In this document: piece after piece, positions 56,111 through 64,000 of the stretch | Numbering within the stretch: the stretch's first letter is position 1 | How the letters are laid out: the number at the start of each line of letters is the position of its first letter | Origin: Selaginella moellendorffii | Lineage: Eukaryota > Plantae > Lycopodiophyta | Direction: 5' to 3' | NCBI RefSeq assembly: GCF_000143415.4 | Contig: NW_003314397.1 | Span: 124,001 to 188,000 of the forward strand | Length of the DNA: 64,000 bases | Notes under the pieces: model-generated | Seen by the model: only the letters and a program-made list of their open reading frames with translations | Databases searched by the model: none | Told to the model about the DNA's origin: nothing | Made by a program: the position numbers and the translations under genes

Positions 56111-59028
56111 GAAGAGATTTGAGACGCGAGATTCATCCGCAAGATGCTCCAACATTCTGGGACTCCCAACAGCCAAGGAATGCGTGAGGCGACAAAAGAA
56201 CTTCAAACAAGATGTCCCACCTGCTAATTGTCCACGGTTGTCGCTAATAATAAAATCTGAAGAGCTTGGTGGTGATGATTTTGGCCATGGATTTCCAGAC
56301 TTGACGCTGCAAACTTGCTGTGGCGATGGGCCGTCCCATATCTCCCAACGCTCCTGGAAAAGAGAAGCCTCCAAATAACAACCTCCTGTAGCTGGTTGCT
56401 GCTGGCAAACTTTTCTCTCGTCTTCGCAGCTTCTTCTCCAGCTGCCGAATCGAACAAGGCCTCCCAGCCTTGCTCCCATTCCAGGCTTGACGCATCACAC
56501 AAATCTAGCTTATCCATTCCATCTGTGGGAAATCATCCGACAGCGGCTTCACAATCGCGGACGAACGCTCCAGGCTTGATACTTTGGCCTTGCTGGAGAT
56601 GGAAGGCACTGATAGATGCCAACCTTGGAGGCTACGGCCATTTCCTATGATCGATGAGGCAGAAGAAAAGTTGTTCGGCACTGCTAGAGCTCCAAGTGAG
56701 ACTCGAAAAGAGCCTTTGATGATCCAATCGTAGAGAAACTCGTGCTTGCACTCGTAGTCAGTGACCAACACCCCTCGATCAAGCGGAAAAAAATGTGCCA
56801 GGCCTTGCAAGCCATGAGAAAAACCTTCGGCCTCGACAACGTTGGTCTCTGGAAGTGAAGAGCCTTGCCTTTGAAAAGCGTGACTGTCGCGGGGCCCGTG
56901 AAGGAAGACGTAGTTCTTGGTTGTAGCTTAGTTCTTGATTGGTATCAGGGAGAATTCACCTCCGTTTCTGGCGCTCGCTCTGCCTTTATGTTGCATGGAT
57001 CATAGAGCAAGAACCTTGGAGCTTCTTGCTGTGATGTCCGCGGGAATGAAAACGATCTACTGCATTTCGATCGCCCTCTTAGAAGACGATTCTAAGATTC
57101 TGCGATTTAAGGTTAGGGCGCCTCGAGCAAGAACCCTAAATTCTAATCCTTATGGAGGCCAAAAAGGCGAGCGCTTGCACCACCATTGACAGCCTGCCAG
57201 ACGCTGTTCTAGCGCTCATCCTCGACATCATAAAGTACAACGTCATGTACCTTTTGGTAAGCAAGAGGTGGCACAGAATTGGCAAAGAGCTTGGTCTCGT
57301 AATAATCGATCTGCATGACTTGCATGAGGATAAGCCACCGGAGGGCAGGGTTTTCAAGCTGGTGCAGCAATCCATCCGACAGCTCCTCATTCACAAATAC
57401 CATTACTTCTTACACAAGAACTACTCATGGATCACAAGCATTGCCACCACTCTAGAGGAGCTCACCATTGAAGGTGTGAAGCACCAGGACAGTACCTTTG
57501 ATCTAGAGCTGGTCTCCAAGGCGTGTCCCAAGCTCAAGTTTGTCAGCTTTTACAGGCTTCACATTGTGGCCAGGGGCGAGGAGTTCAAGTACCAACAAAA
57601 GGCTCCGTTAAGCCTTACATTTCCGGCTCTCACCCATTGCAGCTTAGATAGGGTGATTGGTCTAGACCTCGCAACAGAGCTTCTGCCTTCGTGTCCAGTG
57701 CTGGAAGAGCTCTCGTTATGCGTGTATCACTCCCCCGGCGCCCTATCATCGTCAAGCTTGAGAGTGTTAAGCCTTGAAACAATAGACGGTAGCGGCATTC
57801 TCGAATTGGATCTTCCCAATCTAGAGACTGCGTGGATCGGTGACTGCGAGAAGCTCAAGATGAGAGCTCCACGTCTAAAGAGCCTCTCGCTTGGCAATTG
57901 TGGGAAGCTTGTGGGGAAGATGGCAGTGCCCGGGGAGCTTGAGATTGTATGTAACGCGTTGGAGACTCTGACGTTGAGATTGGGTGCGTTCGAGACAACG
58001 ATTGCCTCTGTGGAGAAGATTCATTTCAAAACTGTGACGTTGAACTGCATATCACTCTTTGACCGATCTTGTCCTCATGACGTGGCATGGAAGGTGTTCG
58101 TGTTGGAACAGTTTAAAGAGTGCCAGGAGTTGAGCCTCCTTGACTGTTTTGAAACATATTGTGAATGTGGCAGGGGTTTTCCAAGTACGATTCAAGAACT
58201 TCCGAGGCTAAGGAAGGTTTGTTTAGACGCGTCCCGGGGGGGACCTTTACAATTTCGTGTCTTGCTTGATAAGTTTGTGCAATGCTGCCCAGCTTTGCAA
58301 AGTATCGTCTTGTTTGGGAGAGAGGGCAAGCTTAGTGAGCTCCAACAGCTAGCAGCTTGTGTGGCCAACATTCCGGTTACCATTTTGCCCAGAAACTAAA
58401 ATTACTAGATGAAATAGAAACATTTTGAAGCTTTATCATTTCTCTGCCAATGCGTGCCTGATGATGCTCTGTGGAAGCGCAGCGAGAAGGAGGCAAAAGA
58501 TACTCCTGACCATCAGCCGCTACATTTCACAGCGCTGTAGCAGCTCCGAGACTGATTTTCACGGCATCTCGAGGCTGGAAGAAGTGGTGAGCATCATTAG
58601 AGAATGTGGAAATTCCAGGGATATAGGCAAGGGAAGAAAGAGCCACGAGTTTATCTTGCAATCGGGAGGAGAGCATAACAAGTTCGTGGCTAACCTGCTC
58701 ATAGAAATGTATGGAAAATTTGCAGTATTTGCAGGAAAGTTTGCAGTATTTAACGGGATTCCTTATCCCCACAAGTATTCCTGGAAGATTTTGCTGCAGC
58801 TATACATAGACAATGGTTTGCTCCACTCGGCAGAGCAAACATTTAGGAATATGCCAGTCGCGATTCGAGATTCGGATGCCATTGCCTGGAATGCTATGAT
58901 GTCTGCATTTGCCCTGCACGGGCATCTTCTGGTTGCCTTAGATTTGTTCCACGCCATGCCGCATCGGACGGTCGTGTCATGGAACGCCATCATCGCCGCG
59001 CTCATCCAGGCCGCCCGTTTTGAAGCCG
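55511..59028. repeat. 3.5-kb tandem duplication, unit 1
   Basis: Near-identical to 59025-62553; junction microhomology gccg. Confidence 0.95.
57152..58399 (+). CDS. F-box/LRR(RNI)-like protein, 415 aa
   Basis: IDSLPDAVLALIL..LVSKRW F-box; CPKLKFVSF, CPVLEELSL, LPNLETAWI, APRLKSLSL, CPALQSIVL repeats. Confidence 0.85.
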   Translation: MEAKKASACTTIDSLPDAVLALILDIIKYNVMYLLVSKRWHRIGKELGLVIIDLHDLHEDKPPEGRVFKLVQQSIRQLLIHKYHYFLHKNYSWITSIATTLEELTIEGVKHQDSTFDLELVSKACPKLKFVSFYRLHIVARGEEFKYQQKAPLSLTFPALTHCSLDRVIGLDLATELLPSCPVLEELSLCVYHSPGALSSSSLRVLSLETIDGSGILELDLPNLETAWIGDCEKLKMRAPRLKSLSLGNCGKLVGKMAVPGELEIVCNALETLTLRLGAFETTIASVEKIHFKTVTLNCISLFDRSCPHDVAWKVFVLEQFKECQELSLLDCFETYCECGRGFPSTIQELPRLRKVCLDASRGGPLQFRVLLDKFVQCCPALQSIVLFGREGKLSELQQLAACVANIPVTILPRN

Positions 59029-59036
59029 ATGTTTAG
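58461..59036 (+). pseudogene. 3'-truncated PPR gene (duplication product of 61986->64000)
   Basis: Identical 5' end, stops at the duplication junction; internal rearrangement at ~58715-58750. Confidence 0.88.
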
Positions 59037-59565
59037 AAACGCTTGAGCCGCGGCCGCAGCTGCTTCGTTATCTTCTGCGCCACTGGATCCATAAAGACGT
59101 TAACCATTTCAGAAGAGGACATTCACTTACGGATCTGGAGAGTTGAGATTGGCGCAGCCTGGTAGAGAAGACGATACGAAAGGCAGACTCTTGCCTGGCT
59201 TGATAACATAAAACAGAGTCATTCCAAGTAACACGGCCACAAAATATAGTAAAGAAGAGACCACCTCGCGATGAGACCAAGCCTGGACAGATCTAAAAGA
59301 CCTCATTTTTCTGGAGCGAAAAAAAGAAGAGCAGAAACTTACCAAGGGCAAGACGAGCTGCTGCAATGCGCGAAGATACAGCTCTCCGGGATAGCCTGCA
59401 ACGCATTCCTTTAGTTTCGGATCACAGAAATTTGGAAGCATACCTATGAGATCGATTGGTAGACTGGAGCAGTTTGAATTGTAGAGGGAAGCTCCAAGTG
59501 CAACTCCCAGTAATGTCCACCAGACCAACATCTCCTTCCGTCGTAACGTCGCGAAAAGAGCCATG
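59029..59565 (-). pseudogene. 5' fragment of SDF transporter (duplication product)
   Basis: MALFATLRRKEMLVWWTLLGV..GELYLRALQQLVLPL, with small deletions; cut at the junction. Confidence 0.85.
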
Positions 59566-60668
59566 AAAACGTGAGAGCCCGGACACGCGAGATTTGAAGA
59601 GCCACTCATCCACAAGATGCTCCAACATTCTGGGACTCCCAACAGCCAAGGAATCTGGGAAGTTGCGTGAGGCGACAAAAGAACTTCAAACAAGATGTCC
59701 CACCTGCTAATTGTCCACGGTTGTCGCTAATAAGAAAATCTTACGAGCTTGTTGGTGATGATTTTGGCCGTGGATTTCCAGACTTGACGCTGCAAACTTG
59801 CTGTGGCGATGGGCCGTCCCATATCTCCCAACGCTCCTGGAAAAGAAAAGCCTCCAAAACACAACCTCCTGTAGCTGGTTGCTGCTGGCAAACTTTTCTC
59901 TCGTCTTCGCAACTTCTTCTCCAGCTGCCGAATCGAACAAGGCCTCCCAGCCTTGCTCCCATTCCAGGCTTGACGCATCACACAAATCTAGCTTATCCAT
60001 TCCATCTGTGGGAAATCATCCAACAGCGGCTTCACAATCGCGGACGAACGCTCCAGGCTTGATACTTTGGGCTGGCTGGAGATGGAAGGCACTGATAGAT
60101 GCCAACCTTGGAGGCTACGGCCATTTCCTATGATCGATGAGGCAGAAGAAAAGTTGTTCGGCACTGCTAGAGCTCCAAGTGGGACTCGAAAAGAGCCTTT
60201 GATGATCCAATCGTAGAGAAACTCGTGCTTGCACTCGTAGTCAGTGACCAACACCCCTCGATCAAGCGGAAAAAAATGTGCCAGGCCTTGCAAGCCATGA
60301 GAAGAACCTTCGGCCTCGACAACGTTGGTCTCTGGAAGTGAAGAGCCTTGCCTTTGAAAAGCGTGACTGTGCGCGTGAAGGAAGACGTGAGCGTCCAAGA
60401 CGTAGTTCTTGGTTGTAGCTTAGTTCTTGATTGGTATCAGGGAGAATTCACCTCCGCTTCTGGCGCTCGCTCTGCCTTTATGTTGCATGGATCATAGAGC
60501 AAGAACCTTGGAGCTTCTTGCTGAGATGTCCACCAGATTTTTGGCTACTCTCGCGGGAATGAAAACGATCTACTGCATTTCGATCGCCCTCTTAGAAGAG
60601 ATCGAGCTGCGATTTAAGGTTAAGGCGCCTCGAGCAAGAACCCTAAATTCTAAAGTGTTCTAATCCTT

Positions 60669-61952
60669 ATGGCAAGCGCTTGCACCACCATTGACAGCCT
60701 GCCAGACGCTGTTCTAGCGCTCATCCTCGACAAGGTAACTTTCATAAAGTACAACGTCATGTACCTTTTGGTAAGCAAGAGGTGGCACAGAATTGGCAAA
60801 GAGCTTGGTCTCGTAATAATCGATCTTCATGACTTGTATGAGGATAAGCCACCACCAGTGGGCAGGGTTTTCAAGCTGGCGCAGCAATCCATCCGACAGC
60901 TCCTCATTCACGAATACCATTACTTCTTACACAAGAACTACTCATGGATCACAAGCATTGCCACCACTCTAGAGGAGCTCACCATTGAAGGTGTGGAGTA
61001 CCTGAACAGTTTTGACTTTGATCTAGAGCTGGTCTCCAAGGCGTGTCCCAAGCTGAAGTTTGTCAGCTTTTACAGGCTTCACATTAAGGCCAGGGGCGAG
61101 GAGTTGAAGCTTAAGGCTCCGTTACGCCTTACGTTTCCGGCTCTCACGCATTGCAGCTTAAACAGGGTGACTGGTCTAGACCTCGCAACAGAGCTTCTGC
61201 CTTCGTGTCCGGTGCTGGAAGAGCTCTCGGCATTCGTGTATTACTTCCCCGGCTCCCTATCATCGTCAAGCTTGAGAGTGTTAAACTTTGAAACAAAATA
61301 CTGTAACAGCACTGTCGAGTTGGATCTTCCCAATCTAGAGACTGCGTGGATCGGTGACTGCGAGAAGCTCAAGATGAGAGCTCCACGTCTAAAGAGCCTC
61401 TCGCTTGGCAATTGTGGGAAGCTTGTGGAGAAGATGGCAGTGCCCGGGGAGCTTGAGATTATATGTAATGCGTTGGAGAGTCTGAAGTTGAGATTGGGTG
61501 CGTTCGAGACAACAATTGCCTCTGTGGAGAAGATTCATTTCAAAACTGTGACGTTGAACTGCAGATCATCCTTTGACCGATCTTGTCCTCATGACGTGGC
61601 ATGGAAGGTGTTCGTGTTGGAACAGTTTAAAGAGTGCCAGGAGTTGAGCCTCCTTGACTGTTTTGAAACATATTGTGAATGTGGCAGGGGTTTTCCAAGT
61701 ACGATTCAAGAACTTCCGAGGCTAAGGAGGGTTTGTTTAGACGCGTCCCAGGGCGGACCTTTACAATTTCGTGTCTTGCTTGATAAGTTTGTGCAATGCT
61801 GCCCAGCTTTGCAAAGTATCGTCTTGTTTGGGAGAGAGGGCGACCTTAGTGAGCTCCAACAGCTAGCAGCTTGTGTGGCCAACATTCCGGTTACCATTTT
61901 GCCATTTTGCCCAGAAACTAAAGCTTCAAAATGTTTTCAATATTTATTCTAG
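60669..61952 (+). CDS. F-box/LRR(RNI)-like protein, 427 aa (paralog of 57152-58399)
   Basis: Same motifs as the first copy; intact ORF. Confidence 0.85.
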   Translation: MASACTTIDSLPDAVLALILDKVTFIKYNVMYLLVSKRWHRIGKELGLVIIDLHDLYEDKPPPVGRVFKLAQQSIRQLLIHEYHYFLHKNYSWITSIATTLEELTIEGVEYLNSFDFDLELVSKACPKLKFVSFYRLHIKARGEELKLKAPLRLTFPALTHCSLNRVTGLDLATELLPSCPVLEELSAFVYYFPGSLSSSSLRVLNFETKYCNSTVELDLPNLETAWIGDCEKLKMRAPRLKSLSLGNCGKLVEKMAVPGELEIICNALESLKLRLGAFETTIASVEKIHFKTVTLNCRSSFDRSCPHDVAWKVFVLEQFKECQELSLLDCFETYCECGRGFPSTIQELPRLRRVCLDASQGGPLQFRVLLDKFVQCCPALQSIVLFGREGDLSELQQLAACVANIPVTILPFCPETKASKCFQYLF

Positions 61953-61985
61953 TAATTTTATCACTTCTCTGCCAATGCGTGCCTG

Positions 61986-64000
61986 ATGATGCTCTGTGGA
62001 AGCGCAGCGAGAAGGAGGCAAAAGATACTCCTGACCATCAGCCGCTACATTTCACAGCGCTGTAGCAGCTCCGAGACTGATTTTCACGGCATCTCGAGGC
62101 TGGAAGAAGTGGTGAGCATCATTAGAGAATGTGGAAATTCCAGGGATATAGGCAAGGGAAGAAAGATCCACGAGTTTATCTTGCAATCGGGAGGAGCGCA
62201 TAACAAGTTCGTGGCTAATCTGCTCATAGAAATGTATGGAAAATGTGGGTGCCTGCAAGAGGCATTTGCAGTATTTAACGGGATTCCTTATCCCAACAAG
62301 TATTCCTGGAAGATTTTGCTGCAGCTATACATAGACAATGGTTTGCTCCACTCGGCAGAGCAAACATTTAGGAATATGCCAGTCGAGATTCGAGATTCGG
62401 ATGCCATTGCCTGGAATGCTATGATATCTGCATTTGCCCTGCACGGGCATCTTCTGGTCGCCTTAGATTTGTTCCACGACATGCCGCATCGGACGGTCGT
62501 GTCATGGAACACCATCATCGCCGCGCTCATCCAGGCCGCCCGTTTTGAAGCCGCAATAAACGCGTATGAAAGGATGCCGGAGCACAATGCGACGTCGGGC
62601 ACTGCGGTGCTCGCGGCGTACGGGCATGACGGGTACGTTGGCAGTGTGGAGGACGCCAAGGCCATGTTTGACGGCCTTCCGGAGCGCGATGTCATGGCAT
62701 GGACGGCCATGGTGAGGGCGTACGGACTGCACGGTATGCTCGACGAAGCAAGGGCGGCATTCGACAAGATGCCTGCGTGGAGCATTGTGACGTGTACGGG
62801 CCTGATGGTTATTTTCGCGGAAGGCGGGCATGTCTGTAAAGCCACGAATTTGTTCCAGGCAATGCCGGAGCACCACATCGTGTCATGCAGCCATATGATC
62901 AAAATGTATGGTAGCATTGGCAGCCTCGAACAAGCTAAGAACATTTTTGATACTATGCCAGAAAGAGATCTCAAGTGCTGGAACGTTTTTCTTTCTGCAA
63001 ATACCGAAACTCAGCTTGCTCAGGTGACTTTTGAAAAGATGCCACTGTGGAGTGGAGTGTCTTTCACAGCACTATTACAAGCATTTCACATGGCTGGCAG
63101 TGTGAGTGATATGCTAGAGATCCTAGAGAGAATGCCAGAGAAGGACCTGGTTTCGTGGGTTGTGATGCTCAAAGGCTATGCCGAGAATGGGCATATGCTC
63201 GAGGCAAAAGAAGCGTTTGATCGTATGCCCCAGCACGATGCTTTCTCGTCAAACGCTATGCTCGCTGGACTTGCTCAAGCTGGAGAATCTGGGGCAGCTA
63301 GAGATTTTTTCGATGGAATGCCTTGTCGCAATGGGTATTCGTGGTCCACGATGATTAGGGACGCTGGGACAGCAGCAGTTGCCGAGATATTCTTTAGCTT
63401 GATGCCGCAGTGGGATTTGATGTCGTGCGGTGCCATGATCTCGGCCTACGCTGCTGTTGTTGACGGGATCGAGAGAGCGAAAGCTCGTTTTGAAACTATG
63501 GTCCAGCGTGGTGCCGATTTGTGGAGCTCAATGTTTCTAGCGTACGCTGGCCATGGTTCTCTCGTGGAAGCCGAGAAAACGTTTGAAAGAATCCCGCAAA
63601 GAAGTGTGAGAACTTGGACCGCGTTGCTCTCGGCTTATGGCGAGGGTGGCAATTGTGAGAAAGCCAAGAGTGTGTTTGAGAGGATGCCGAGCTTGGACAC
63701 GCAAGCGAGCAATGCCATGCTTGAAAGTCTTGCTTCTTCGTGCCTCCAGGAAGAAGCGAAAGCTCATTTTGATGGAATGCCTAGACGAGACTCTGCCTCG
63801 TGGAACGTTCTGATGTCCTCGAGCTCGAGCAGCAGCTCGATGGAAGCTACAAAATCCGTTTTTGATCGTGTTCCACAGTGGGAAATCTCCTCGTTTGCGT
63901 CCCTGATCCACACCTATTTCTGGAATGAGAAGATCGAGCAGGCCAGGAGCTTGTTCATGGGAATTCCTGAGTGGAGCACTGCTCTTTGCAATTACGTGAT
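61986..64000 (+). CDS. PLS-class PPR protein, runs off the window end
   Basis: ANLLIEMYGKCG.L..A..VF, AWNAMISAFA.HG, VSWNTII, DVMAWTAMV motifs; mitochondrial-like N-terminus; appears open to the window end. Confidence 0.88.
   Translation, partial: MMLCGSAARRRQKILLTISRYISQRCSSSETDFHGISRLEEVVSIIRECGNSRDIGKGRKIHEFILQSGGAHNKFVANLLIEMYGKCGCLQEAFAVFNGIPYPNKYSWKILLQLYIDNGLLHSAEQTFRNMPVEIRDSDAIAWNAMISAFALHGHLLVALDLFHDMPHRTVVSWNTIIAALIQAARFEAAINAYERMPEHNATSGTAVLAAYGHDGYVGSVEDAKAMFDGLPERDVMAWTAMVRAYGLHGMLDEARAAFDKMPAWSIVTCTGLMVIFAEGGHVCKATNLFQAMPEHHIVSCSHMIKMYGSIGSLEQAKNIFDTMPERDLKCWNVFLSANTETQLAQVTFEKMPLWSGVSFTALLQAFHMAGSVSDMLEILERMPEKDLVSWVVMLKGYAENGHMLEAKEAFDRMPQHDAFSSNAMLAGLAQAGESGAARDFFDGMPCRNGYSWSTMIRDAGTAAVAEIFFSLMPQWDLMSCGAMISAYAAVVDGIERAKARFETMVQRGADLWSSMFLAYAGHGSLVEAEKTFERIPQRSVRTWTALLSAYGEGGNCEKAKSVFERMPSLDTQASNAMLESLASSCLQEEAKAHFDGMPRRDSASWNVLMSSSSSSSSMEATKSVFDRVPQWEISSFASLIHTYFWNEKIEQARSLFMGIPEWSTALCNYV

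Larger units (their letters stand above)
59025..62553. repeat. 3.5-kb tandem duplication, unit 2
   Basis: Matches 55511-59028. Confidence 0.95.

Noticed and set aside
56220-56900. ORFs upstream of the SDF gene, conserved in both duplicate units
   Set aside because: Conservation is explained by the recent duplication; no motif; could be UTR or an unrecognised gene

Overview
Gene-dense eukaryotic nuclear DNA from a non-seed land plant. It is most likely a lycophyte of the Selaginella type; this is inferred from 50-65 nt GT-AG introns, many intronless PLS/SS-type PPR genes, a Tf1/sushi-like chromovirus and an SLC1/SDF transporter. Left arm (1-22.5 kb): a decayed duplicate of a PLATZ+PPR pair, a spliced Uma2/PD-(D/E)xK nuclease gene apparently fused to a PHD finger, a chromovirus remnant, an intact PPR-E gene, an intronless PLATZ gene, plastid lipoyl synthase, DUF3527, two paralogous small secreted peptide genes (one with a CEP-like 15-mer), an orphan coiled-coil protein with 13 Y[VI]xx repeats, and a bifunctional nuclease. 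Centre (23-38 kb): an AT-rich transposon island with a full-length Ty3/gypsy chromovirus (TTGGG TSD, self-priming PBS, -1 frameshift signal) nested among minisatellite-bearing LTR-like repeats, one of which holds a polyphenol oxidase fragment. Right arm (39-64 kb): GT34, MAGL-like esterase, PPR, PB1, U-box/ARM, an amphipathic 144-aa orphan, a SYMRK-like kinase with a minimal ectodomain, GNAT, an SDF transporter, and a 3.5-kb tandem duplication of SDF 5' end/F-box/PPR 5' end. The best novelty candidates are the Uma2-PHD fusion, the CEP-like peptides, the Tyr-tetrapeptide repeat protein and the LRR-less SYMRK-like receptor. Family assignments come from motif recognition by eye; no database searches were run.
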